From Balamuthia mandrillaris (Eukaryota), in contig JAVKOQ020000102.1 of NCBI GenBank assembly GCA_031835245.2, positions 124,001 to 173,876 on the forward strand: a stretch of DNA of 49,876 nucleotides, given 5' to 3'. A program made the position numbers and the translations under genes. How positions within the stretch are numbered: the first letter of the stretch is position 1; the number at the start of each line of letters is the position of its first letter. Below the pieces are notes generated by a model. The model searched no databases. It was not told where the DNA came from and saw only the letters and a program-made list of their open reading frames with translations. Below are positions 10,076 to 23,600 of the stretch, in pieces.

Positions 10076-13000
10076 TTACAAGTGAATGTTGAGGTCCTCT
10101 AATTCTTTCTTCAAGCCAGCCGCCACTTGCTCCCTCTCCTCCCTCTCCAATCCGTTCAGGTACTCCCTCACCTTCCTCTCCCTCCTTCTCCTCTGCCCTT
10201 CCTCAAACTGCTCAAAACTGCCAAACACGTTCCCACCGGCAAGGTTGTGCGCGCACCCCCTCACGTGGCGATGGGCATTCTTGCCGCAGTCCTGAAGACA
10301 CCAAGCACAAAAGGCAGCATTGCATCGACTGCATGTCAGGGCGAAGCATCCATCAAAGTCCACAAAGGCTTGATGACAACGAGGACATTGCAAGGTCAGG
10401 ATGTCCTCCACCATGCAGCGACGATGCCTCTGGGCCGTGCTCTGCTTCTCCCACAGTTCTCGTTCCTGCGCCAAGCGTTGTTGGAAGGCTTGTTCGCTCA
10501 TGAACTCTGTGGCTCTGCTTCGCACCTCCAACAAGGCCTTCCTTCCCTCATCCTCCACATGAGCCATGAGTTGTTCCATGGGAAAGGGCTGGGCCGCACA
10601 GCCACTCACCAAACATGGAAGCTCTCTCTTCATCTTCGCCAACACCGCTGCTGGCATGTCCAACAAAGACACAGCCCATCCGTTCAAACATCCTCCACAC
10701 ACGAAATGAGGTTCTTCGCCTTGGCCAGCTTGCAACAATGGAGAGGAAGAAGGAGGGGGAAGGCATTGGAGGCCTTCATCCAGCCATTTCTCATCCATGC
10801 ACACCACGCAGGAGCGGCGATCCCTCTCCGCCACCCTGTGCTCCACCAGATGAGTCCAGAGGTAGGGGTGAGAGAGGCATTGGCTGGCCGTGGGTCTCTT
10901 CTTTGCATCCAACTGCAAGACCTGGTGCAGCAAGTCTCGAAGATGAGGGTTGGGATGGGGAGGGATGGTGACCTCTTGGCCTTTCACCATTTCCATCAAC
11001 GTTGGACGAGCTGGTCTCATCTCCCTTCCTCCTTCTCCCCTTGCCTCTTGTGCTTGTGCTTGCGCTTGGAGAGAAGGAACAGCAAAGTGGAGATCGAAGA
11101 GGAGCAGACCGCAGGAAAAGACATCCGCTGCTGGGCCGACCTCTCCACAGCACACCTCCGGAGCCATGTACGCCCAGGTGCCTCCTCCTTCACTCCCACT
11201 TCTTCCTCCTCCTCCTCCTCCACTCCCATCAGCAACCATGGTCATGGTCCCTGTGGCAGCGTGGCTGCTGATGTCAAAGTCCCCCAAGATGGCTCGTTGA
11301 CGCCCATGCTGTCCTCCGTTCCCTTCGTTCTCCTCTTCGTCATTCCCCATCTCTTTTCCTTCTTCCTCCACGAAGATGTTCTGAGGTTTGACATCCCGAT
11401 GAACGATGCCTTGACTGTGGATGTGTTGCAAGGCCAACAACACTCCTCTTCCCACCCTCTGCTTCTCCGCGTCGTTTCGATCTTCTCTTCCGTTCGTCAA
11501 CCATTCGCACAGGTTGCCCCCGCTGTAAAACGGCATATGGATGTATCCTTTGATTCTCCCATCCTCTTTCTGCACAAAGGCTGCTTCCACTTTGGCGATG
11601 TGTTCGTGCTGCAGTGATCTCAGCCTCTTCAGTTCGCGCATGAAGTGTTGGTGGTCTGTGGAGCTCAGATCAAACTCCTTCAATACGCAGGCTTGTCCTT
11701 GGTATTGGGCCTTCATGACACAGTGGTGACCAGTGGAGGAGAGCACTTGGATGTGGTCGTAGTGGTCCAGGCGGCGGTAGGGGCAGTCCACCGCCATCAA
11801 GTCCACTGCCTCCAAACCCAGTTCCTTCAAGAGGAAACGAGACTCTGGACAGTAGCTGTTGCTCAATTCCACCAACTGCAATGCTTCTCTCTGTTCATTG
11901 GTGGAATGTAAGAAGAAAAGCACAACACAAGCAACCAGAAGAAGAGAAAAGAACTAGAAAAAGAAAAGTGATAGTAACTCGAACCTCCAACAATAATGCT
12001 TGTTGCCTTAATTGCGTTTTGGCCTTTGCTAACATGACTTGGGCGGCTTCTCTTTCTTCGTCGTCATCTGCACCCTCCATCTCTGCTTTAGCCACTCTGA
12101 CTTTCACCAAAGACTTCTTGTTCGCCCTCTGTAAGTCTTTCAAAAGCTGGTAGTTAGGAGGATTGGCCATGACTCTCTTCACTTCCATTTTCTCCTTCAT
12201 CAATGTCATCAACATCACGTCTTTGTCTCGTTCCTCTTTACACATCTTTTGCAAATAGTTAATCACGCCCCGGATGCCTTGGGACAACGCGCGTAAGGGA
12301 GGACCATCGCCGACGCCACCCTTGAGGAAGTCTTGTTCCTTGTGGATGGCGTTTATGAGGGAGGCCATGTGGTTATCCTTCAACAACAGTTCTTCTTCTG
12401 TGGCGCTCTCGTTTGTGTCTACGAGTTTCAAAGACGGTTAGTGAATGGGTACATTAACGGAAGTGCAAGAGAAGAGCAAACCAGAAAAGGCAAACGCCAC
12501 TCGATGGAAGGCATTACTCACTTTTTGAGCGTGGCTCTCTGTTTCTGCCTCCATTACCTGTTGTTGTTCTGCGTGTATTTCTTGCCATTCTTGGAACTTT
12601 TTTAACGCCTCTGTTCCGCTTTGTAACTCATCCGCTGCTTCCTCTGTCTCTGTCTCCTTTTCCTTTTCCTTTTCTTTGAGATCTGCTTCCTTTCGCATGG
12701 TCCTGTCTTTGCCTACTTTTAGCAACACCTCCATCAACTGTTGACTCCAGTGCATACAGCGCTGCTGCACTGCAGCAGCCTCCTGTTCCCGCCACTCAGC
12801 AGCCACTCGTCGTACAGCTTCCACTAGTTTCCTTCTCGCCTGGTCTCTCCTCGTCAAGACCTCTTCATCCGGCCACGCTGTGCCTTCTCGGATGGTATTC
12901 TGCACCGCTTCTAACTCTTCTTTGGCAGCAAGCGCGGCTGCCATAGCTTTTCCTGGTGTTCTATCCAACTCACTGATATACCCCAACGCTTGTTGCAAGA

Positions 13001-13178
13001 GCTGTTGGGCATGGGTGTGGTCCAAGAATGAGGAGCGACGGGAGAGACGCACGGCTCGAAGGGCAGCCAAGGTGCTGCCCACCCTCTCTCCTTGCCATTG
13101 TTGTTGCTGTTCGTTCTGTAGTTTCTCTTGCTCTTCGCGTTGATGTTGTTCTATTATTCGTTCTTGTTCTTCTCTTTC

Positions 13179-13210
<32 letters not shown>

Positions 13211-16200
13211 CTTCTTCTTCTTCTTCTTCTTCTTCTTCTTCTTCTTCTTCTTCTTCTTCTTCTTCTTCTTCTTCTTCTTCTTTTCTTCTTCTTGTTCTTC
13301 TTCTTCTTCTTCTTCTTCTTCTTCTTCTTCTTCTTCTTCTTCTTCTTGTTTTCGCCATCGCTCTTCTTTCTCTGCTCTTTGCCTGCGTTCCGGCGCGGTT
13401 CTCACCAGCTCCTTTATCTCCTCCAGCAAGAGTTTTGGGATGCTGTTGAAGACTTGACCCTTGATGTTAGCCCACAGCAAAAGTGGTCCCACATGAACAA
13501 GTACATACAGCCAATGTTCAACCGTGTAAGGGTGGTGTTGTGCTCTACTGGCGAAATATTTGGGCGTATATCCAACAGATAAACGTGGGTATATCCGGCC
13601 GGATTTCCGGAGAATATACGCTGGATAAACGGTTGGCAAATATACGGCGAATATCCGCCAAATATACGCAGGGCCGTTTATACGGCAAATATCTGACAAA
13701 TATACGGAGGGCAAATATACGTCGTTTATACGACTTTTTTCTTTGAAAAGTGTTTCTATGAACCAAGTATATGATGCAAATGCTTCTATTGGAAGATCAC
13801 ATGGTATCTGATCAATAGATTACGATAAAAATCAAAATTATTATTATATATTTATTAAAAGCTCTCTCTTTCTTCCATCACTTCTTCACTATTCTTTTCT
13901 CCTTGTTGTTTATCATTTGTTGTTGCTGTAACTAGTTGATATGTTGGTAATTGTGATGGGTCGCCATCCATTCTGACAGATGGATAGTTCTATTACTAAG
14001 AGAGAGAGAGAGAGAGAAAAAAAGAAGCAATGTTACGCAGTGCGGTGTCTAACAATGAAAGAGGTAAACCAACCTGAAAACCCGTGTTACCTAAGAGCTG
14101 TTTGCACGTGGATAAAAAGGCACCAGCTCCTTTGGGAAGCTTGATAGTAGGATTTGTTGCAAATAAGGCATGAATTAAAAGAGATCTGGTGGAAGGTATC
14201 TCGTCAACTTCGGTTGGGTAAAGCGTATAAAGCAAAGTGCTGTAAAAAGCTTGGTTTAAGTGCGGCTCACACTCGCTGATAAGTGAGTCACGAGAAATGC
14301 CAGCTTGCAGTGGGTGTCTGACTTGCCTCATTTCTGCTGATTCTATATCCCATATAGGAATGAAAGCAAGTAATGCATGTTGGTACAGACGGTCCTCATT
14401 TTCCACCACTTTTACAGCTTGCTGAACAGCTGTGATCGAGGGGCTTTGCTCAGAAAGCTAGCAAAAGAAAAATAAAGAAATAAATAATATGCTTACAAAT
14501 AGAGAACGAACGAAATGAAAACGAAAGAGGGAGGAAGGACCGTTAACGAATTCCCTATCATTGATAAAAACACTTCACTATCTGAATCAGCTTCCAATAG
14601 CCATAAATGATAAAGAACAGCAATAAACAGCAACTTGAAGTGTTCCATGAGTTTTTCGACCGTGCATTTAATGTTTAGCTCAAGCTGTGCTTCAACTATC
14701 AACTTTTAGAGTGTTTATGGTGGGAAACAAATGAGAAAGCCACAAATATTTGAATGACAACAAGAACAAGAACAAGAACAAGCACGAGAACGAGAACAAG
14801 AATGAGAATGAGAACAACAACAAGAACGCGAATGAGAATGAGAACAAGAACGCGAACGAGAACGAGAACAAGAACAAGAAATACAAAAGAGAATGAAAAC
14901 GAGAACAAGAATGACAAAAGAGAAGTCAAAAGTAGAAACAGAAGAAAAGAAATGAAAGTGAACCAATGCAGGTGCCAGGCTTGTGTTCAAAGGGTAACAG
15001 TAATCTTTTATCCATTGCAAAAGGTATTCCTTGTTGTTGACTGTATCAACGGAAGCCCATAGGAGAGCCCTATCTTTCCTTGTTTGAGCAATTGAGAGTG
15101 TAAACTCTGACCATCTCACGTTTCGAGCTTTCCACTTTTGCAAAGACTCATATGCCTTGGCAAGTACCGTTGTATTCATTGGAGGGGGATTTGTAAAATA
15201 TTGTATTGCTTCATCTGTAATTGTGCTTCGAAACGCCTTTGAACAGTCTTCAACAAGAGACGTTCTACGCCTCTTGTTTTTGGGCTGTACCTGAGTGGCA
15301 CCTTATTATTTAGAAAATAATAGTTAACAAGAGAACAGAAGCAAGCAATACACAACTCACCTTTTTCCTTTGGATTCTGTTTCCTCTTTGCAAACTTATT
15401 ATAAGGTTCAAGGGTGATCCAGCTTTTTCGACTGGCTTTGACAGATCGTTTTGGGTTTCTTCGCAAACTCATTTTGTGAGCTGTTCTTCGACCGCCATCA
15501 CCTTCCTCTTGGTCAGCTATTTCCTCCGCGTCAGTTGCATAACTAGGCAAGGCGCTCATCATGTCTTCTATGTCTCTTGTTGCTTTCTCTTTTTCTTTAT
15601 CCTCAGTACTATATTCATCTTTGTCCTCCTGAGTCGGTGCAGGCCTCTTTCTGTTTGTAGTGTTAGAGGTTTGAACTTTAAAAGTTGTCAACGAAGAATG
15701 GGAGTAATCTCCCTCGACACCAGAAAGTGAAGATGGTTGCTCATCGTCGCTGTGCTGCAAAGTACTTTCACCTTCACCAAGCTGGTTGTTACCACAATGT
15801 GAGGTACATGAAACAAACAACTTAGTGAAACACTATGAATCACATAAAAACAAGTAAAATGAAAAACAACAACTTACTATTGAAGAGGATGGTCCAGCTG
15901 TTTCTTGGCCAGATTCGGTATCTGAATCACTTTTCACGTCAAAAGGTTGACCTTCATACAAAGCATGATTTAGTAAAACTGTATTCAAAACATAAACAAG
16001 AGTAACGAACCTGAAAGCAAGAACCTGGTCTTCATTCCAGTAAACATGACATACCATACATTCCCTTTTGTTTGTTTGTTTTAACAATTGAATGAGAATG
16101 TGAATGATGAACGATGAACCAGAATGAGAACGCGAACTAGAACGATGAACAAGAACGCGAACACAAATGATGAACAAAAACGCGAATGCAAACAAGAACG

Positions 16201-19200
16201 CAAGAATAATGAACAAGAACGTGAACGCAAACAGGAACGATGAACAAGAACACAAACAAGAACGCAAGAATTGTGAACAAGAACGCGAACGCAAACAGGA
16301 ACGCAAACCAGAACAATGAACAAGATTGTTAACGCAAACAAAAACGCCATAACGATGAACAAGAACGCGAACGCGAACAAGAACGCAAGAATGATGAACA
16401 AGAACGCAAACGCGAACAAGAACGCAAGAATGATGAACAAGAACGCAAACGCAAACAGGAACGCAAACCAGAACGATGAACAAGATCGTTAACGCGAACA
16501 AAAACGCCATAACAAAGAACAAGAACGCGAACGTGAACAAGAACGCAAGAATGATGAACAAGAACACAAACAAGAACGCAAGAATGATGAACAAGAACGC
16601 AAACGCAAACAGGAATGCAAACCAGAACGATGAACAAGATCGTTAACGCGAACAAAAACGCCATAACAATGAACAAGAATGCGAACGAGAACAAGAACGC
16701 AAGAATGATGAACAAGAATGCAAACAACAACGCGAACAAGAACGCAAGAATAATGAACAACAACGCGAACAAGAACGCAAGAACGATGAACAAGAACGCG
16801 AACGTGAACAAGAACGCAAACGCGAACAAGAACAAGAACAAGAACAAGAACAAGAACAAAGTCGCCAAAAACCAAAACAAAACAGAACCCGTTTTTGCAG
16901 TCATTTTTGTCTGTGTGGTAGATGATTTCGTTGCCACCGAAGTTGATAGCAACACAAGCCCAAGGGTAGAAGTCCAACTTGTTGGCAGCTTTTCCAGTCG
17001 CACGTTTGAGAGCTTCAGCGTAATGGTTGAAAATGAGAGGAAAGGTTTTCTGGAAGATTGCCGCACACTTCTCAACAATTGCTTTGTTGTCTTTGATCCA
17101 GCTCCGTGTTGGTAGGGAGTCGGTTCCTCTGCAAAGAGACGTTGCTTGTTGGCTTCGTCGCCAGTGGCCCACAACGGCTTGGCCATCACGGCCTCTATTG
17201 ATTTTGAGACGCTTCCATGCAGTCGCGAAGTTCTGTGATGATAGAAGTAACTGTTCGTTTTCTTCTAAAGACAGAAAACGTGGCCACAATCTAGCCACTG
17301 TGTCACCATAAATACTTCGCCACTCCAAATACCCACCTTCACAAAAGATGATACGCTTTGATGTTATGGCAAGCCTTCTACGATAAGCATCAGCATTAAA
17401 TCTAGCATAATCACCATAATAGATCTATTAACAAAAAGAGTTAAAACGCAGAGTGAAAACAGTAACAGCACGAGGACAAGGACGAGCACCAGCACCAGCA
17501 CCAGCACCAGCACCAGCACGAGCACCAGGACGAGCACCAGCACCAGCACCAGCACCAGCACCAGCACCAGCACCAGCACCAGCACCAGCACCAGCACCAG
17601 CACCAGCACCAGCACCAGCACCAAAACGAGCACAAGAACAAGAACGTGAACAAGAACACAAACAACAACGCGAACAAATAGGATAATAACGCTTCACCTG
17701 CTGATGGTTAAGAGGCAAGGCATGCTCTACAAAAAGTATTGAAGCATGTGTAAGTCTTGTTGAAGTAACATCTGTAGAACCACTAAAACACAACGATGGA
17801 TCAAACTAAGGAATTTAAACAGATTATCATTAGAAGATAGGATTAGACATCTCCAAAGAAAAAGTGAAATGCAAAAGAAAACGTTTAAATGTACCGCATT
17901 ATCAACAGCTGTCGTTTGTTCAGCCAACCGGACATTTGTAACTCTTGGTGATGGTTCAGAGTTTTGATATTTTTTTTATGACGATAAGCTAATCTTCTTC
18001 GGCGCTTGTGATTAAGTTCTTTCTTCTCCATACTCGGTTCCTGTTATGCGTGTTGTCAATCAATGAAATAAACAATTATCTTGAATGAGACTATTAAACC
18101 TTTTCAGCTCGCATTGTTGGTTTAGTGTTTTGGGGTGACGGATTGTTATCCACCATAGCACTATTTTTTGGCTTTTTGGCATGGTTACTATTGTCTCCTT
18201 TGTTTCCTACAGGCCTTTTCTTTGTGTTCCTACTTTCTGCATGAGCATCAGAAAAATATAAAACCTGTTAATAACTGAATGGTGAAATGGAGAGAAAGAC
18301 GTGTTTCCGTGGAGAGAGCACATAAGCAGCAAAGAGACTATTTATCCCCTGCACAACAACGCTAAAGCGATTGTTGCGCAAAAGGCCACCATCTCTCTGC
18401 ATATGTTAGCTGAGCTGATACAACAAAGAGACTATTTATCCCCTGCACAACAACGCTGAAGCGATTGTTGCGCAAAAGGCCACCGTCTCTCTGCATATGT
18501 CAGCTGATACAACAAAGAGACTATTTATCCCCTGCACAACAACGCTGAAGCGATTGTTGCGCAAAAGGCCACCGTCTCTCTGCATATGTCAGCTGATACA
18601 ACGAAGAGACCATTTATCCCCTGCACAACAACGCTGAAGCGATTGTTGCGCAAAAGGCCACCGTCTCTCTGTACCAACAACAAAGCATTTGTTGTGTGTG
18701 ATCTCGGTGAAGCGATAGCAATGACGTACCAGGTTGCAGCGAGACTTGAATTCCTTTGAGCAATGGCACCGTTGCAGGACCTTGTCCTGCTGGATGTTGC
18801 TGCAAGGATGGCCCCAGATCCTTGCAAGAATGGGTAGAGAATGGAAAAGAAAGGTGGGGGGAGGACCGTCGAGGAGAAGAACCCCGGGAAGAGCACTGCC
18901 GAGGAAGAGAACGCCTGGAGGACCATTGAGAAGGTGAACGCTGGGAAGAGCGCTGTCGAGGGTGAGAACGCTGGGGAGAGCGCTGTCGAGGGTGAGAACG
19001 CTGGGGAGAGCGCTGTTCAGAAGGAGAACGCTGGGAAGAGCGCTGTTCAGAAGGAGAAGACAGGGGAAAGCGCTGTCGAGATGGAGAACCGGGAGGGGAG
19101 CACTGCCCAGTTGAAGGTGAAAAACACAGGGGGGAAGTTGGCCAAGTTGAAGGAGGAGTAAAAGGAGAGTACTCCCTTGTCGAAGAACAAACGGAGGAGG

Positions 19201-20649
19201 TAGGTCCTGTAGTAGAAGGGGAAAACCCCTGCCAAGAAGGGGTAGAAGAACTCAAAGGAGAACGAAGCAAGGAGCGCTGAGGACCAACAAAAAAAAAGTA
19301 AGCAGATTAGCAAAAACAAAATTCTAAGCAATCTTTTTAACGAAAAGAAGGTTACCATGGGTGGACGATCAGAGAGCAGCCAACAGACCTGTTGTGCGGT
19401 GCGTGATCAGAAGTATTTTCTTTTTCTTTCCCCCCCAAAAGAAAATAATTTATGGCTGCAGTATTGCTGCTCGATTTGAGGTCGCTTATTCCTTCTGATT
19501 CTTCACTTCGTCTGCAGAATTTGTTCTCTAGAAAACACCAATGCGGGGGAAAAAAGAGAAAGCAGAGCAGGACCATGGAGGACGACTGGTTGGCTTTTCC
19601 TTCTCACACAGAAGAATGCAACAGCACTTCCATCAGCTGGGGTTCATTATTTGAAGATATTCAGATCAACAAAGAGTGTAGAGCCATCAAAAACAATGAG
19701 AGAAACGACATCGAAACTGTAGAGAGCGAAGATGACAGCTACGAACTCAGCAGTAATAACACAGACAACGAAAATAGCGCAGATGCAGATAGCAACAACG
19801 ACAGTGGTGATAGCGATGAGAGCGAAGACTGCAATGACATCGAAGCCAGCGAAGAGATCGAAGAGAGTGAAGAGAGCGAAGCCAGCGAAGAGAGCGAAGA
19901 GAGCGAAGAGAGCGAAGCCAGCGAAGAGAGCAAAGAGAGCGAAGCCAGCGAAGAGAGCAAAGAGAGCGAAGCCAGCGAAGAGAGCGAAGACAGCGAAGAG
20001 AGCGAAGCCAGTGAAGACAGCAAATCCAGCGAAGACAGTGAAGACAGCGAAGCCAGCAAAGACAGCAAAGACAGCGAAGAGAGCGAAGGCATCGAAGCCA
20101 GCGAAGACAGCGAAGAGAGCGAAGAGAGGGAAGAGAGCGAAGACAGCGAGGAGAGCGAGGAGCGCGAAGGCATTGATGACAGCAACAACTGTGACAACAA
20201 CGATGGCAACTATGATAGCAACGGCAATGATGACAGCAATGGCAACAATGATAGAGAAGATGACAGAGAGGATTGTGATATTAATGGTGACGATGACAGC
20301 GAATACTGTGATGACAGAGAAAGCTGTAATGACTGTGATGACGGAGAAGAGAGCATTGACTGCGATGACATAGAAGGCAGCGATGCCAGCAAAGACTTTG
20401 ATGACAGCGATGGCAATGATGACTGGGACTATGACGAAGGCTGGGATGACAACAGAGGCATTAACTACCTTGATTACGTTGCAGAGAGTGAAGATGACAG
20501 AGAAATACCAGGACTTGTACCGCAACACAAGCATCATACGTCTACACAAAGCAAAACAACACTAAAACGACTTGCACAACAGCAACTGAGAGCATATAGA
20601 AGAAAAAAAATGCTTCATTCAAATGAAGAAGAAGAAGAAGAAGAAGAAG

Positions 20650-20681
<32 letters not shown>

Positions 20682-23600
20682 GCGGCAGAAGAAGAAAACT
20701 TTGAAGACGAAGAAAACGAGAAGGAAGGAGACAGCGAAGAACAAGAAGAAGATGCAGAACAAAACGAACACAAAACTACAGGTTAGTGTCATACTTTTCT
20801 ATTGCAGTTTTTATTGAAGTCTTATGATTAACTGTCATGCGGTACTTAAATGTAGTCACCATAGAGCTCAAACAAAGATATGAAGGTTTTCTAACAGCAA
20901 TCGTTGATGCTGGAGGCACACCCGCACGTGTTGTTATTCCAAGTTTTCCTGTAGCCAAGCTGTACCTTAACAAAGTGGACTTGTATTTAGCTCAGTGGTT
21001 AGAGCGCAAGAGTCGTAATCGTTGGAGCCGAGCTGTTTTATTAGACGCGCTTAGACTTGCCCAGACAGAGAGCCCATTGCTGCAAACCGAAAAGTTGACA
21101 GAGTATCGTCTTAGAAAGCTGCAAAAGGTGGTGGATGCTCAACTAGGCGTATTAAAAGCTACGTCATCCACCTTCTATTTCAACACGCCAACTAACAAAT
21201 GCACAAGTACAACGGTAGCTTACATTCCTTGTGAATGGTTTCTTCGACAAGCCTTTGCACAGCCAACACTTGCCTTTGAGATGGAGAACTGGACCAACCA
21301 GCTTGAAGCTTCTGATATTTATCAGAAGAAGCGTTGGCAGCAACTGGTGACGGATGGGGAGCTTAACGAGCCTACAAATGTCATGCTCGGCCTGTATTTT
21401 GATGACTATGACCCTGCCAAGGTTGATTTTACTTTTATTTTATTTTATTTTTCCACATGCATTACTTTCTGTTTGCTTAATTGCTTTTTCTTATATCTTT
21501 GTTGCCTTTCTGTCTTTTTGTTTCTCTCTTTCTCTCTTTCTATCTCTTCTCCTTTTGTTTCTGTTCTTCACAGTTTTCCAACTATCCTCAATTAAAGCTA
21601 AGTGCTCTGAGATTAGTTCCATTAAATTATAGAAATAAGGTTGGATTTTCTTTGTCTTTGTCTTCATCTTTGTCTTACTTAGATTTACTTTTTATTTTTC
21701 TTCTTTCTCATCCTTTTGTTGTGGGCGGCTTTATTTATATATTTAGGTTCGATCTGATGTGTATAATTGGTGGACACCTGCTATATTTCCCACTTGTGTT
21801 CTCAAGCATTTTGATAGAGCAGCAATACTTGCTCCATTTTACCGAGAAATGCAGCACCTTGAAGAGGGAATTTTAATTTACAACTCATATCGAAGAGCAT
21901 ACATTACAGTTACATGCAGAGTTATTACAGTTATCGCTGATTTACCAGCAAAAGCTTTTTTAACTCACTCTCAATCAAGCTTCTCTTCAATGAAAGCATG
22001 GTGCGTTCGTTGTTATAGTAAGAGAAACGATCCCTTTATGCATAACAAGTTAAAAACTGCTCAACATTATCGAACACTTGGAGATTCTATCACCGCTCTA
22101 GAGCCTACAAGTTAGTATTGCAAAACTCTTATTGCAGAGACCAATATTACTGGCAAATCGCAGTTATTTAGTTTAAAAGGCTTGGTATTTTTTGTTATTC
22201 TCTCTTTTTTTTTTATTGTCTATCTTTCTTTTTTAAAAAAAATAACAATGTACCGTGTTTGTCTCTGCATGCTTTACCAGGAACCTAAACACATAGTGAA
22301 TGATCTAATGCATAATGAGCTTCAAAATGGGTGCTTAGTATGCAACATAATGGCTATGATCAAGGGTTTACGTGAGGGCAAGGCGTGGTCCAAAGAACAT
22401 GATTGAAAGCTAAATGATCTCTTTGAAATGGTTCGCTTGCCTTGCAAAATGAATAAACCGCAGGTTTGTGTTCGAACTTCTAGCTATCTTTATTTTTTGG
22501 TTTTATTGTATGCTGGGTTTGGAGTAATGCTTTCTTTTTGGGTTTAAAGGCCGACAATCTGTATCCTTCCAAAGCGACACATAAACTTAGCATACTCACA
22601 GCTATGATTTTAGTGTTACCAGCTCTTCAACAAGGCGTTCCTTGCTCATGCAGTGTTTCTCACAAAGTGACCCCGCGACATTTAGTGTCGGCGTTTCACT
22701 TACTCACAAACAAACATACAGCTTTAGATCACTATCTCTGTTGTAGAGCTTATCTTCTTATTGCTTCTCAATTATTCTGCAGAGAGCCACCCACTAACAC
22801 TGCGCAGTTGGAAAAGTCCATTCGCGCACACCAAGAGTACTTCCAGCATTTATATGGTTCCAAAATTAAGCCGAAAATGCATTACTTGAGCCACTACCCA
22901 GAAGATATCCAGTTGTGGGGCTCTCTTCGGCATCTGTGGTGCTTTCCAGGTGAGCGGCTTAATGGACTAGAGGGAAAGGAGCAAACAAACTGGCATCAAG
23001 ACGCTTCAAGCAGGCAGAATATGATTCAAAGGCAGCGCGCCTTTCGCCATCACAAGTTGGACTCAACAACTTACAACTTCACTATTATGGAAATGCCGAT
23101 TGGACAGGTTGCGATGACACCAGCTGCGGTTCAACTCTTTTTAGAATGGGTTTGCTTCTTTTGTTGTCTGGTTTTTTGTTTATATCAATCAATCTCGGCT
23201 AACTTGTTGTTATTCATTCATTCATCGTTTAAAGGCCAAAAGAATACAACCTCAGTCTGTTGGTGAAATTACGCAGTTCGTTATTACCTCCGACTTATCT
23301 TTGTTTCAACATCTTGTGCTACCTCATATGGAGCTGTATACTGGCGAAGTAGCTATTGTTAAAGGATCTCCCTTCTTGCTTGTTCCTCCTTTTGTTATGC
23401 CAAAAGTCATTGCTGTTAAAATACAGGACTTCTTTTCCTTTACTGCAACAGTTAATGGACAGCCAACTACTTACCATGGAGCAAGAATCTCTGCTGCTTA
23501 CAAGGCCGCTATTCAGAGATCTTATTTTTTTACACCTGTCGTTAACTTGCCTGCTGTGCATCTACTCTCTGATTCCTTTGCTCAAGAGTGCGTGTTCTCT

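Noticed and set aside
10127..11617. 496-aa plus-strand ORF (and 372-aa minus ORF at 31856-32974)
   Set aside because: Antisense shadows of the kinase-RING and GMC coding regions; no recognisable motifs.
13280..13290. Frameshift in the poly-Glu exon as a programmed or phase-variable switch
   Set aside because: A single-base irregularity in a long GAA tract is more simply a sequencing error or post-inactivation decay; needs reads.
15176..15179. ATGA overlap suggesting a frameshift or coupled ORFs
   Set aside because: Splicing the 15360-15302 intron puts the exon in the downstream frame, so no frameshift is needed.
15833..16857. Hydrophobic FAFLFII / VLVH and Asn-Lys-rich ORFs as membrane proteins
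   Set aside because: Translations of an AAC-rich low-complexity array that is open in several frames.
17364..17686. Poly-VL, poly-GA, poly-WC and poly-PA ORFs
   Set aside because: Intronic (GCACCA)n microsatellite.
18330..18672. Hairpin-containing repeats as a CRISPR array
   Set aside because: Units are near-identical over their whole length with no unique spacers; eukaryotic context and no cas genes.
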